DNA of 64,000 bases, from assembly GCA_963665845.2 (NCBI GenBank), contig OY762492.1, forward strand, positions 3,008,001-3,072,000. Reading direction: 5' to 3'. Below, in pieces: positions 30,344 through 40,188 of the stretch. Within the stretch, counting starts at the first letter, position 1. Each line of letters starts with the position of its first letter. The notes under the pieces are model-generated. The model was not told where the DNA came from. It did not search any database and saw only the letters and a list, made by a program, of their open reading frames with translations. Position numbers and translations under genes: made by a program. This DNA comes from Candidatus Poribacteria bacterium (GTDB taxonomy: Bacteria > Poribacteria > WGA-4E > GCA-2687025).

Positions 30344-31141
30344 TTAGGCGGGCGGTTGATTCATTAGCCCGGCGTGCCAACCCGCCAAAAATCCGCCGTC
30401 GACCGGCAGCATCTGCCCTGTGATGTAACGCGCCGCGTCGGAGGCGAGAAAGACGGCTACATCGGCAAGATCCTCGCCCAAACCGGAGCGCCCCAGCGGC
30501 GTCTTGTCAAGCAGCGTCTCAAGCCATCCAGGGCGCTGAAACACCGCGCGGTTCAGGTCGGTTTCAAACCATCCGGGAGCGATCCCGTTGACCCGTATGC
30601 CGCTCGGTCCCCATTCAATCGCGAGCGACTTGACGAGCGCATGGACCCCCATTTTTGTCGCGCCGTAGGGTCCGATCGTCGGCGTTCCGATATAGGTTGT
30701 GAGCGACCCGATATGGATGATCGCGCCCGACCGGCGCGGAAGCATCAGTTTGCCCGCCTCTTGGCTGCAGAAAAAGGCGCCCTTCAGGTTCACATCCACG
30801 ATATGGTCCCAGTCCGCTTCGGCGTAGTCGACCGTCGGCATGCGCCGGTTGACGCCGGCGGCGTTCACCAGTATATCGAGCCGTCCGTCCGCGGCGTCCG
30901 CCGTTTGGCGAAACAGGCGGCGTATCGAGTCGACATCGGCGGCGTCGTAGGAGAAGCCGGCGGTTGGACGTCCGTATGCCTGCTGTATTTCGTCGGCGGT
31001 TTGGGCGATGCGTTCAGGGTCGCGGGCGGCGATGATCGCCGCGGCGCCGGCGCGCGCGAGTCCGACCGCCATCGCTTTGCCTAAGCCTCGGCTGCCGCCC
31101 GTGATGAGCGCGTTTTTTCCGGTTAGGTCGAAGGCGTCCAT
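30344..31141 (-). CDS. Short-chain dehydrogenase/reductase (gluconate 5-dehydrogenase/KduD-like)
   Basis: TGGSRGLG, NAAG, YGATK, VNGIAPGWF, VDGG. Confidence 0.88.
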   Translation of the reverse strand: MDAFDLTGKNALITGGSRGLGKAMAVGLARAGAAAIIAARDPERIAQTADEIQQAYGRPTAGFSYDAADVDSIRRLFRQTADAADGRLDILVNAAGVNRRMPTVDYAEADWDHIVDVNLKGAFFCSQEAGKLMLPRRSGAIIHIGSLTTYIGTPTIGPYGATKMGVHALVKSLAIEWGPSGIRVNGIAPGWFETDLNRAVFQRPGWLETLLDKTPLGRSGLGEDLADVAVFLASDAARYITGQMLPVDGGFLAGWHAGLMNQPPA

Positions 31142-31194
31142 GAAGAGTCCTATCGAAACGGGTCAGAAAGGGCAAGACGAGACGCGGTAAAAAA

Positions 31195-31269
31195 TGGGGC
31201 CAGCGAGTGGATTTGAACCACCGACCTGCTGATTACGAATCAGCTGCTCTGCCCCTGAGCTACGCTGGC
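31195..31269 (-). tRNA. tRNA-Thr(CGT)
   Basis: Cloverleaf GCCAGCG...GCTGA-TT-CGT-AA-TCAGC...GGTTCAAATCC...CGCTGGC-C-CCA. Confidence 0.95.
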
Positions 31270-31277
31270 GTCCTGAT

Positions 31278-31353
31278 TGGTGGCGGGAGGCAGAGTTGAA
31301 CTGCCGACGCAGGGATTTTCAGTCCCTCGCTCTACCACCTGAGCTACCCCGCC
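31278..31353 (-). tRNA. tRNA-Phe(GAA)
   Basis: Cloverleaf GGCGGGG...AGGGA-CT-GAA-AA-TCCCT...GTTCAAC...TCCCGCC-A-CCA. Confidence 0.95.
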
Positions 31354-31386
31354 GCCCTGGTTGCTTGGGGGCGCAACCGCCTATTT

Positions 31387-31415
31387 AAGATAACCTGTTG
31401 AGACGCAGGCGTCAA
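31387..31415 (-). promoter_or_regulatory. sigma70-type promoter of tRNA-Phe/tRNA-Thr
   Basis: Minus strand TTGACG-17bp-TATCTT. Confidence 0.7.
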
Positions 31416-31425
31416 GTAAAATCGA

Positions 31426-31593
31426 CTGACCTCATGCATAAAGTTGGGACATTTGAACTGACGATCGCTCTATTCATGGGAAAAAGGCTTCGCCAACCAG
31501 ACCGTCATTCCCGCGTAAGCGGGAATCTAGAGGCGCCGCAGACGACGCCCGCGTTCGCCCGCCGGCATGTCCCAACTTAAGACGTGAGGTCTG
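31426..31593. mobile_element. 168-bp MITE-like element, copy 2 (no intact target duplication)
   Basis: Same length and left arm as copies 1 and 3; TIRs CTGACCTCATGCATAAAGTTGGGACA / TGTCCCAACTTAAGACGTGAGGTCTG; right arm is a diverged variant. Confidence 0.8.
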
Positions 31594-31666
31594 GAGGAGG
31601 GCTTACGCCCGCGCGCCGTTTGCGGTATCATGCCCGTGGAACGCATATCATAAATGGAGCAGGCGG

Positions 31667-32656
31667 ATGGCGAACTTGAAAGTGTCGTATGTTGGAACGG
31701 GAGGCAACGCGCAGGGGCATCTGGGCAGGCTGTCGAAGATGGAGGGGGTGGAGATTGCCGCCTGCTGCGATATTATCGAAGAACGGGCGCAGGCGTCCGC
31801 CGAAAAATACGGCGGCAAAGCGTTCGTCGACTGGCGGCGCATGCTGGACAGCGTCGAGACGGACGCATGCTATTTTTCGCTCCCGCCCTTTGCGCATGAG
31901 GGCGCCGAAACGGAAGCCGCCTCGCGCGGCATTCACATCTTCGTTGAAAAACCTGTCTGCACGGACATGGAAACCGGGCTGGCGACGAAGGAGGCGCTGG
32001 ACAAGTCGGGCGCGCTTTCATGCGTCGGCTACCAGACGCGGTACAACCGCTTTCTGAACGCTGTGCGCGAGTTTGTCAAAGACAAGACGATCGGCATGGC
32101 GGTCACGGAGCGCTGGGGCGGCATCGCCGGCGGGCCGGCGCACTGGTGGCGCGTCATGGACAAGTCGGGCGGCATGCTGCATGAGCAGGCGACGCATCAG
32201 CTGGACATGCTCCGTTTCTGCGCCGGCGACATCTCCGAAGTGTACGCGCTGCACGCCCGCCTCATCAACAACGAGCAGGAGAACCATGACATACCGGACG
32301 CGGAGGTTGTGACGCTTCAGTTTGCCGGCGGCGCGGTCGGCTACATCACGACCACCTCCGCGCTCATCAGGGGCGGCGGCGGCTCCCGCGTGGAGCTGAT
32401 TGTGGAGGGGCATCTGCGCGTTCAGTATTCGGGCAACAGCTCGCGCGTTCTCCCTGAAAGCGCCGGCCCGCTGCCTGAATACGAGGAGCCGCTCCCCGCG
32501 TCCATCGACCATGCGTTCATTGAAGCGATACGAACGGGCGACCAATCCATCGTCAAGTCGGACTACACGGACGGGCTGAAGACATGCGCCGTCACCATCG
32601 CGGCGCTGGAGTCGGCGGCGAGCGGAAAGCCTGCCGCCGTCCACCCTGTAGACTAA
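31667..32656 (+). CDS. Gfo/Idh/MocA family oxidoreductase
   Basis: VGTGGNA, HIFVEKP, VGYQTRY, SGGMLHEQATHQLD. Confidence 0.9.
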   Translation: MANLKVSYVGTGGNAQGHLGRLSKMEGVEIAACCDIIEERAQASAEKYGGKAFVDWRRMLDSVETDACYFSLPPFAHEGAETEAASRGIHIFVEKPVCTDMETGLATKEALDKSGALSCVGYQTRYNRFLNAVREFVKDKTIGMAVTERWGGIAGGPAHWWRVMDKSGGMLHEQATHQLDMLRFCAGDISEVYALHARLINNEQENHDIPDAEVVTLQFAGGAVGYITTTSALIRGGGGSRVELIVEGHLRVQYSGNSSRVLPESAGPLPEYEEPLPASIDHAFIEAIRTGDQSIVKSDYTDGLKTCAVTIAALESAASGKPAAVHPVD

Positions 32657-32678
32657 AACGCCGAACGGGAGGGCGCAT

Positions 32679-33866
32679 ATGACATACGCTTCGATGTGGG
32701 CGTATCCGTGGGACCTGCTGGACGATGGGCTTGAGGATGTGTTGTCCCGCCTGCGCGAAGAGGTCGGGCTGGACGCGGTGAGCGTCGCGGCAAGTTACCA
32801 TTCGGTGACGCAGCTGCGCCTACATACGCGCTCCTCGCGGCGCATTTTTTCAACGAACGAAGGCGCCGTCTATTTTCAGCCGGACGCGGATCTTTGGCGC
32901 GACTCGCCGATTCAACCGAACGCGCAGCCGCTGGACGGCGCCGACAACCCGCTGGAAACGATCGGCGCGGCGGCGGAAAAGATCGGGATCAAAACGGTCG
33001 CATGGACGGTCTGCCTGCATAACTCGCATCTTGGGCGAACCTATCCTGAAGCGGCGCAGCGGAACGTTTTTGGCGACATCTACCCGCATCATCTATGCCC
33101 GTCCAACGAAGACGCGCGCCGTTATGTTAAAACGATGGCGGAAGACCTGTCGCGCAACTATCCGCTTTTTGCGGTGGAGGCGGAGTCGCTTTCGTTCGGC
33201 GGGTTTGCGCATTTTCATGCGCATGAGAAGATCGGAATGCGGTTGGGCGCTCTTGGGAATTTTCTGCTGTCGCTCTGTTTTTGTGAAAGCTGCCGACGGC
33301 GGGCGCAGGAAGCGGGCATTGACGCGGACGGGCTGGCAGATCGGACGCGGCGCATGCTGCTCGCCATTTTTGAAAAGGGGGCGCCGTCGCCGTTTGACGG
33401 AGTTGCCACCGCGCGCGACCTTGAACAGGAGGATGCGGACCTCGCCGCGTTTTTGAAGATGCGCCGAGACGCCGTCGCGTCGCTTCATGAAGAGGTGAAA
33501 CAGGCGGCGGGCGACACGTTTTTAATCGCGATGAACATGGGCGACCCGACGGTCGCCGGTTTTGACAGCAAAAGATGCGCCGAGGCGGCGGACGCGCTGG
33601 AGCTGCTCTGTTACACGGCGGAGCCTGAAATGCTGGAGCAGCAGGTGGCGCATGCGAGCGGTTCGTTTTGCGGCGCGGACGATCTGATTGTCGGTTTGAG
33701 CGCCTATGCGCCGCACAGCCCGTCGCGCGGCGTCCTGGAACGAAACCTGGAGCGCGGGCTAGAGCTGGGCGTCCGCGCGTTTGCGTTTTACAACTACGGC
33801 ATCATGCCGGCGCCCCATCTGGACTGGGTACGCGGGTGCGTTGAGATTCTGCGCAAGGCGGAGTAG
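32679..33866 (+). CDS. Conserved hypothetical protein, probable glycoside-hydrolase-like TIM barrel
   Basis: YPWDL, AWTVCLHN, LCPSN, LCFCESC, FYNYG. Confidence 0.6.
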   Translation: MTYASMWAYPWDLLDDGLEDVLSRLREEVGLDAVSVAASYHSVTQLRLHTRSSRRIFSTNEGAVYFQPDADLWRDSPIQPNAQPLDGADNPLETIGAAAEKIGIKTVAWTVCLHNSHLGRTYPEAAQRNVFGDIYPHHLCPSNEDARRYVKTMAEDLSRNYPLFAVEAESLSFGGFAHFHAHEKIGMRLGALGNFLLSLCFCESCRRRAQEAGIDADGLADRTRRMLLAIFEKGAPSPFDGVATARDLEQEDADLAAFLKMRRDAVASLHEEVKQAAGDTFLIAMNMGDPTVAGFDSKRCAEAADALELLCYTAEPEMLEQQVAHASGSFCGADDLIVGLSAYAPHSPSRGVLERNLERGLELGVRAFAFYNYGIMPAPHLDWVRGCVEILRKAE

Positions 33867-33905
33867 CGGAAAGCGCGGAGATGAGCCGTCCCCGCGCTTT
33901 CAACC

Positions 33906-34375
33906 TTGACCTCATGCATAAAGTTGGGACGCCAATAGACAGCGGAAAACTGCCGCCCACTTGTCGTCCCCCGCTTCCCCGTTTTCACGAGGACATGCCC
34001 GCGAGGACATGCATTCCCGCGCCCCCTTTTCGTCATTCCCGCGCCCCCTTTTCGTCATTCCCGCGCCCTCTTTTCGTCATTCCCGCGTAAGCGGGAATCC
34101 AGAGGCGACGCCGAAACCGTCCGCGTCCCCCCAAGCGTCCATCCTACCCGCCGTCCCCGCTTCCCCGTTTTCACGAGGACATGCCCGCGAGGACATGCAT
34201 TCCCGCGTAAGCGGGAATCTTAGACGCCGTAGACTCCGTCCCCCGCGGAAAACCCCCCCAGCCCCCCTTTTCAAGGGGGGAGTCTAGGAACCCGCGCCCT
34301 TACGCGCTGTCGTAGGGCGGCCCGTCATTCCCGCGTAAGCGGGAATCTTACGTCATGCCGACATTGTCCCAACTA
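33906..34375. repeat. Intergenic repeat mosaic bounded by MITE-like terminal sequences
   Basis: Starts TTGACCTCATGCATAAAGTTGGGAC and ends TGTCCCAACT; contains several CATTCCCGC modules, a duplicated CCCCGCTTCCCCGTTTTCACGAGGACATGCCCGCGAGGACATGC block and a CCCCCCTTTTCAAGGGGGG hairpin. Confidence 0.8.
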
Positions 34376-34383
34376 AGCTGCCG

Positions 34384-35247
34384 CTATTCAGCAACCATGA
34401 TGATTTCGACGCGCCGGCTGGCGGCTCTCCCTTCGCTGGAGGATTGCGTCCCGGCGGTTTCAAAATGTCCGCGTCCTCGGACGACGAGTTTGTTGCTGAC
34501 GCCTTTGGATCGGAGATATTTCGCCGCGGCGTTGGCTCTCGCCTCGGAAAGTTGCAGGTTGGTGAGAAACGCGCCGCTCAAGATCGGCGTCGAGTCGGCA
34601 TGCCCGGTGACGACGACGGTCGCGCTCGGCCGTTTTTTGACGGCGGCCGCGGCGGCGTCCAGCATGTTCTTCGCCTTGGCGGAAAGTCGGGTGGAGCCTG
34701 TGCTGAAATAGACGGTGGAGACCTTCGTCGGAATCGCTTTGTGAAGCATCTCCGCGGTTTCCGCTCGGAACGCTTTCATGTCGGAAGCCGATTTTGCCTG
34801 CAATTCGTTCAGCTGCGCCATGACCGACTTGGCCGATTTCGCCAGCGCCGCGTCCACCTCTTTTTTCATGGCTTTGTCGGCGCGGTTTGCGGACGCCATG
34901 GCGGCTTTTTTGCCTGCCGCAATCGCTTCGTCCAGCTCCATTCGGAGCGTCTTGTCGGCTTTCATCGCCGCTTCAAGCGTGTCGGCGTCGCCCTGCTCCG
35001 AGGCGGCGATGGCGTCGTTCTTCGCGTCCTCAATCGCCGTCTGCTGCATCTTGTCGGCGTTTTGAAGCGCGCTGATGTCCGAGGCGGTCTTCGCGTCCGC
35101 CGACGAGAGCGCCGAGAACCTGTCCTCATTTTCCGCCTTATACGCTTCGTATTCCGGCAGAAATTCGTCTTTTTTTAGATTGCCGCATCCGATCATGGCG
35201 CCGACTGCAAAGATTCCTGCAACCGCTGCCCAGAGAGTTCGTTTCAT
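34384..35247 (-). CDS. OmpA/Pal-like peptidoglycan-binding lipoprotein with a long helical linker
   Basis: Lipobox MIGC; VYFSTGS, VTGHADS, NLQLSEARA, SRRVEI. Confidence 0.88.
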   Translation of the reverse strand: MKRTLWAAVAGIFAVGAMIGCGNLKKDEFLPEYEAYKAENEDRFSALSSADAKTASDISALQNADKMQQTAIEDAKNDAIAASEQGDADTLEAAMKADKTLRMELDEAIAAGKKAAMASANRADKAMKKEVDAALAKSAKSVMAQLNELQAKSASDMKAFRAETAEMLHKAIPTKVSTVYFSTGSTRLSAKAKNMLDAAAAAVKKRPSATVVVTGHADSTPILSGAFLTNLQLSEARANAAAKYLRSKGVSNKLVVRGRGHFETAGTQSSSEGRAASRRVEIIMVAE

Positions 35248-35302
35248 GAGCGTCCTTCCTAAACCGATGAAATCTGAAACACGTATACACGTTCACAGCG
35301 CA

Positions 35303-35331
35303 ATTATAGACGAAGGTTTTTCAGACGTCAA
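35303..35331 (-). promoter_or_regulatory. sigma70-type promoter of the OmpA-family gene
   Basis: Minus strand TTGACG-17bp-TATAAT. Confidence 0.75.
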
Positions 35332-35411
35332 CTGGGGCAGATTCGAGGCGGTCTATAAACGGCACGATTCGGTATGGCAGAAAACGGCTTTCATAAGCGG
35401 GTCTGCGCCCC

Positions 35412-35600
35412 CGTCATTCTTCACGGGAATCTTGGTTTTGAACTAGGATGAAAGGATTATTAAGATTGCCAAGAGCGCCGCGCACGGGAATTTTCTTGGC
35501 AATCTTTTCAATCTTGGCAATCCTAGTTCAGACGGCAACAGCGGCTAAGATTCCCGCTTACGCGGGAATGACTCCCCTTGAAAAGGGGGCAGGGGGGTTT
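35412..35600. repeat. Intergenic palindrome mosaic
   Basis: Same modules as at 21470-21990 and 26930-27141. Confidence 0.8.
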
Positions 35601-35607
35601 CCGCCGT

Positions 35608-35636
35608 TTGCCAATGGGGCGGCGCGCGTGTACAAT
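35608..35636 (+). promoter_or_regulatory. sigma70-type promoter of rpiB-glpK
   Basis: TTGCCA-17bp-TACAAT. Confidence 0.7.
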
Positions 35637-35672
35637 GCGCATGTGGACGTTGACGAACCCGAAGAGGAACCC

Positions 35673-36128
35673 ATGAAAATAGCGGTCGGAAACGATCATC
35701 CCGCTTACGAACTGAAATGCGCCGTCAAAAAACGGCTTGAAGAACGCGGACACGAGGCGCTTGACGTCGGCTCCCACAGCGCCGAATCGACCGACTATCC
35801 GATCTACGCCGCCGCCGTCGGCGAGCTGGTCGCGTCTGGAGAGGCGGACCTGGGCGTCGTCATGTGCGGAACCGGCATCGGCATTTCCATCGCCGCCAAC
35901 AAGACGCCGGGGGTCCGCGCCGCGCTTTGCTGGAACATCACGACCGCCAGAGCCTCCCGCGAACACAACGACGCGAATGTGCTGGCGCTCGGCGCCCGCC
36001 TGACCGCCGCGCCGCTCGCCCTAGAGATACTGGATGCATGGCTGGACGCCGACTTTGAGGGCGGACGGCATGCCCGCCGCGTCGGACAGATTAGCGATAT
36101 GGACGCCCGGCGCGGCGACGGCGGCTAA
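35673..36128 (+). CDS. rpiB: Ribose-5-phosphate isomerase B
   Basis: MKIAVGNDH, DYP, CGTGIGISIAANK, HNDANVLALG, FEGGRH; RBS GAGG before ATG 35673. Confidence 0.93.
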   Translation: MKIAVGNDHPAYELKCAVKKRLEERGHEALDVGSHSAESTDYPIYAAAVGELVASGEADLGVVMCGTGIGISIAANKTPGVRAALCWNITTARASREHNDANVLALGARLTAAPLALEILDAWLDADFEGGRHARRVGQISDMDARRGDGG

Positions 36129-36133
36129 ACCGC

Positions 36134-37603
36134 ATGGGCAGTCTGCTCGCCATCGACGCGGGAACGACCGGCGTCACCGCGCTGTTGATCGACGAGAGCG
36201 GCGCGGTTGTTCAGCGCGGTTACCGCGAGTTTCCGCAGTACTTCCCGCAGCCCGGCTGGGTAGAGCATGACGCGGACGAAATATGGGCGGCGGCGTCGCA
36301 GGCATGCGCGGAGGCGCTGTCAAACGGCGCGGAATTGGACGGAATCGGCGTCGCCAATCAGCGCGAAACGACGGTACTGTGGCATCGAGAAACGGGCAAA
36401 CCCGCAGCCCGCGCCATCGTGTGGCAATGCCGCCGGACAGCTGAACGGTGCGGCGAACTGATCGAACAGGGACTGGCGCCGCGCGTCTATGAAAAGACGG
36501 GGCTGACCATCGACCCGTATTTTTCCGCCGCCAAGCTGGAGTGGACGCTCAACCATGTTTCAGAGGCGCGCCGCTTTCCAAGCCGCTTCGCGTTTGGGAC
36601 GGTCGACTCTTGGCTCATCTGGAAGCTGACCGGCGGACGGGCGCATCTCACCGACATGACGAACGCTTCGCGCTCCATGCTTTTCAATATCGACGCGCGC
36701 GAGTGGGACGGAGAGCTGCTGGAGCTGTTCGGCGTCCCGCGGGCTTTGCTGCCGTCGGTTCAGACCTCGTCCGGCTATTTTGGGGAGACGCGCGGCGTCG
36801 GCTTCGCGCCGGACGGCGTCCCGATACGGAGCGCGGTCGGCGATCAACAGGCGGCGCTGTTTGGGCAAGCCCGTTTCAAACGGGGCGAAGCGAAAAACAC
36901 CTACGGAACCGGCTGCTTTCTGCTCATGAACGCCGGCGCCGAACGTCCAAAAGGCGGCGGGCGGCTGTTGACGACGCTTGCATGCGGGGCGGACGGCTCC
37001 CCCGTCTATGCGTCGGAGGGAAGCGTCTTCACAGCGGGGTCGACGATTCAGTGGCTTCGGGACGGGCTGGGGATACTGAAGTCGGCGGCGGAGTCGGAGC
37101 CGCTGGCGCTGTCGGTCGAGAACGCGGGCGGCGTGACGCTGATACCGGCTTTGGCGGGTTTAGGGGCGCCGTATTGGGACCCGCATGCGCGCGGCGCCAT
37201 TTTCGGCATTACGCGCGGGACGACGCGGGCGCACCTTGTCCGCGCCGCGTTAGAGGGGATCGCCCACCGTTCCGCCGACGCGCTCGAAGCGATGGAGCAA
37301 GAGACGGGCGCGCGGCTGCCGCAGCTTCAGGTGGACGGGGGCGCCGCCGCCAACAACTTTCTGATGCAGACGCAGGCGGACCTGCTGGGCGTCCCGGTGA
37401 ATCGACCGGCGCAGGTGGAGACGACCGCTCTAGGCGCGGCGTATCTCGCAGGGCTGCAGACCGGCGCATGGAGCGCGGCGGACCTCCGAGGCTTAAACCC
37501 GCTGGAACGCCGCTTTGAGCCAGAAATCAGCCCTGACGAACGCGCGGAGAAACGGCAAAACTGGCGCGAAGCGGTGGAACGGACGCTGACGCGGCGGAGA
37601 TAA
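36134..37603 (+). CDS. glpK: Glycerol kinase
   Basis: IDAGTT, PQPGWVEH, NQRETT, WQCRRT, GDQQAALFG, KNTYGTGCF, LGAPYWD. Confidence 0.93.
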   Translation: MGSLLAIDAGTTGVTALLIDESGAVVQRGYREFPQYFPQPGWVEHDADEIWAAASQACAEALSNGAELDGIGVANQRETTVLWHRETGKPAARAIVWQCRRTAERCGELIEQGLAPRVYEKTGLTIDPYFSAAKLEWTLNHVSEARRFPSRFAFGTVDSWLIWKLTGGRAHLTDMTNASRSMLFNIDAREWDGELLELFGVPRALLPSVQTSSGYFGETRGVGFAPDGVPIRSAVGDQQAALFGQARFKRGEAKNTYGTGCFLLMNAGAERPKGGGRLLTTLACGADGSPVYASEGSVFTAGSTIQWLRDGLGILKSAAESEPLALSVENAGGVTLIPALAGLGAPYWDPHARGAIFGITRGTTRAHLVRAALEGIAHRSADALEAMEQETGARLPQLQVDGGAAANNFLMQTQADLLGVPVNRPAQVETTALGAAYLAGLQTGAWSAADLRGLNPLERRFEPEISPDERAEKRQNWREAVERTLTRRR

Positions 37604-37638
37604 ATCAATGCGCGCGGCGCGGTTCCGCCGCTTGTCAA

Positions 37639-39039
37639 ATGAAACGGAGAAAACGGATGCGCCGAAAGTCCATGACCATGATCGTTCTAACGGCTGTCTG
37701 CTTTATGACGGGCTGTGAAGAATCTGTCCAGACGGAACCGCCGCAGGACGCCTTCGCCCGCCGTCTAGACGACGCTCTCCACGGTTTAACAAGGACAAGA
37801 GAGGATATCATCGAAAATTTTCCGCGCTCCGATCTTGCCCATAGACTGGCGAACCTTCTTAGCGATACACGGTTGGACCTGCGCTCATACGACAACCATC
37901 TCCGCAAGCAAAATCTGCCCCGACAGGAGCGGGTCGCGCGATTGAGGGAACGCTGCATCGAGTCCTTGAAGAACATGCATCGCATGGGAGAGGACGAGAA
38001 CTCCCGTCTGCGGTACAATGACCGGCATTTTGAGTTCACCTTCTCTCATTCAGACAGTAAAGCAAATAGAACCACGATCAAATCTGCCGCTTTTTTGATC
38101 GAATGGTTTCTGGATCTGGATCAGGGCGTTGACCCTGTCGCGCGCGATCTGAACGCCGCTCTCGCCGATTTTGGCGCGGTCTATTGGCGCATTAAGGATT
38201 TGGACAACAATTTCCATTTTCTACATCATTCCAGAGCTTTAAGCCACATCAAAAACGTCGGCAAGATCCTGACTGACTACGACAATGAACTCGCCGCCGA
38301 AGGTCTATCGAGAGAAGAGCATGTCGCCAAGCTGCGGGAACGTTTTCTGTCTAGCGTCAAAAAGGCGGGCGGATCAATGATACGGTATGATGAAGCGACC
38401 TCCAGTCTGCATTTTTTTGACAAGAGCGGCGCCCCGTTTCTCGTGGACGGCCAGCCCGCTCATTACGCCATGCCGATCCGTCTCACAGAGTTTCTGAAAC
38501 TGCCCGCCCCAAGCGGAACGCCGCTCATCATTCATTCGGACGCGCTCTCGATGGAGCTGGAGAAGGCGGTCAAGGAACTGAAACAGCGGCGCGAGAGCGC
38601 CTTCAGCGACCCGCCGACATCGGAAGCCGCCCAGGAAATCGTTGAAATCTTTGTCGAAATCGAAGATGAGACGTCCAGAGACGACGCCGAGCTGCGCCGC
38701 AAGAACATCCAGCAGGACAGGCGCATCGTCATGCTGAAAGGGCGTCTCCTGTACCGCATTCGTCTGTTCGACGCGCTGGAGCCTGAGGTTGTTTTTAGCC
38801 GGCGAGAGGATGGCAGCTATTTTGTGCGTTACGCTCCGCCCGATGCGCCGGACAAAAGCGTTGTTCTGGAGATGCCTGCAGGGCTTGCCAAGATTTTGAA
38901 TGTGGAGTCGTCGTCGCCGCCGCCGCATCATCAGCATGCGCTGCGCATGCCCCTTCATTTCGTTCTTGGATTGGCGGGGGGAGCCGTTCTGGTTGCGCTG
39001 GCGCTTCTATATTTTATCATTGCGCAAAGATCCAGATGA
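37639..39039 (+). CDS. Hypothetical lipoprotein with C-terminal TM helix and three diverged internal repeats
   Basis: Lipobox MTGC (true start may be 37672); C-terminal hydrophobic anchor. Confidence 0.6.
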   Translation: MKRRKRMRRKSMTMIVLTAVCFMTGCEESVQTEPPQDAFARRLDDALHGLTRTREDIIENFPRSDLAHRLANLLSDTRLDLRSYDNHLRKQNLPRQERVARLRERCIESLKNMHRMGEDENSRLRYNDRHFEFTFSHSDSKANRTTIKSAAFLIEWFLDLDQGVDPVARDLNAALADFGAVYWRIKDLDNNFHFLHHSRALSHIKNVGKILTDYDNELAAEGLSREEHVAKLRERFLSSVKKAGGSMIRYDEATSSLHFFDKSGAPFLVDGQPAHYAMPIRLTEFLKLPAPSGTPLIIHSDALSMELEKAVKELKQRRESAFSDPPTSEAAQEIVEIFVEIEDETSRDDAELRRKNIQQDRRIVMLKGRLLYRIRLFDALEPEVVFSRREDGSYFVRYAPPDAPDKSVVLEMPAGLAKILNVESSSPPPHHQHALRMPLHFVLGLAGGAVLVALALLYFIIAQRSR

Positions 39040-39082
39040 ACGCTCCAACGGCAGCGCCTCTTAAAACGGCGTTTCTATTGTA

Positions 39083-39895
39083 TCAGGGGGCTTCGGACGA
39101 ATCGGCGGATTGAAGCGCATTCCCCGCCCAGTTGTTGAAAATATCCAGCGCGACCTCCGCTCGATTGAGGCGGTCGTTGTAGACCTGCATCCAGATCCCG
39201 ATGCGCCCGCCCGTTACAGCATGTTTCAAGATCACAGGATCGTATCCGAGCTTTCCCGTTCCAAAAGCCGTTTCCAGCGTCCAGTTCTTGTCCTGCGCAA
39301 TTTGACCCGCTGAAAAAGACCTGTTCGAAATGAACAGACCGAGGCTAGAAACGCACAACTCCGCCTCTCTAGTCGGTTGAACCGCGTTGTCGTCTGTCCA
39401 TAGATGAAATTTAGCGTCGGCGATGTTCTGCAGTCCTTCAGCGCCGTTGACCGCGCCGCCCTTCGACACATAGAAGATGTAGTCGCCGGTGTTCATGACG
39501 AAGTTGCCGTCATCTATAAACTTCTCCACAAGCGACCCGTCCGGCTGGCTGTTTCCCGGCGGATAGATCGTTTCGGGCAGATAGCCGAAAAGGACGAGGC
39601 AGTCGATGTCGCCGTCCCCCGTATTCTGTTCGACCCATTCAGCGATTTCACCCGTATTGTACGCTCTTGGGTCTTCAAACGTTTCGACGCCGGCGAGAAT
39701 CGCTTCGCCAATTTCCTCTGCCTTCTTTTGGCTTATCCAAACAGATTGTTCATAAAAGAGAGCCATTTGTCCAGCGGCGGAAACTCCCGGCTTCTCCTTG
39801 CACGGATTTGAAAAGGGCGTAACGGTGTCATCGCTGCCGCATGACGCCGCAATGAACATTAGAGCCGCGCAAACGATGTTGACTGCTTTCCGCAT
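39083..39895 (-). CDS. Hypothetical lipoprotein
   Basis: RBS AGGAG, MRKAVNIVCAALMFIAASC lipobox; the listed upstream ORF extension runs into a MITE and is unlikely to be real. Confidence 0.7.
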   Translation of the reverse strand: MRKAVNIVCAALMFIAASCGSDDTVTPFSNPCKEKPGVSAAGQMALFYEQSVWISQKKAEEIGEAILAGVETFEDPRAYNTGEIAEWVEQNTGDGDIDCLVLFGYLPETIYPPGNSQPDGSLVEKFIDDGNFVMNTGDYIFYVSKGGAVNGAEGLQNIADAKFHLWTDDNAVQPTREAELCVSSLGLFISNRSFSAGQIAQDKNWTLETAFGTGKLGYDPVILKHAVTGGRIGIWMQVYNDRLNRAEVALDIFNNWAGNALQSADSSEAP

Positions 39896-40020
39896 GGCGA
39901 ACTCCTGCGTTGATGGCTCCCCGTCTATATGGAAGCGAATGCGAAAGCGCGGGGCATGACCGCTGCGCCCTTCGCTTCCTTTATGTAGTGTGCCGCCCTT
40001 CGCCATGAACTGCAAGGTAC

Positions 40021-40188
40021 CTGACCTGACGCCTAAAGTTGGGACATTTGAACCGACCATCGCTCTATTCATGGGTTAAAGGCGTCATCAACCGGGTCGT
40101 CATTCCCGCGTAAGCGGGAATCCAGAGTCTACCCCGAAACCGTCCGCGTTCACAACCAGAATTGTCCCAACTCTAAGGGTGTGGTCAG
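40021..40188. mobile_element. 168-bp MITE-like element, copy 3
   Basis: TIRs CTGACC...GGTCAG; 8-bp direct repeat CAAGGTAC (40013-40020, 40189-40196); colinear with copy 1. Confidence 0.88.

Noticed and set aside
31195-31600. Integrative element at the tRNA genes (also checked near 55472)
   Set aside because: No integrase and no duplicated tRNA 3' end seen in the window
33960-34350. Possible CRISPR-like palindromic array
   Set aside because: Irregular spacing, and the intervening segments recur elsewhere as repeat modules
35448-35672. N-terminal extension of rpiB
   Set aside because: Runs through the repeat mosaic and promoter; homology begins at 35673
39896-40072. N-terminal extension of the lipoprotein ORF
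   Set aside because: Starts inside MITE copy 3; the RBS and signal peptide begin at 39895
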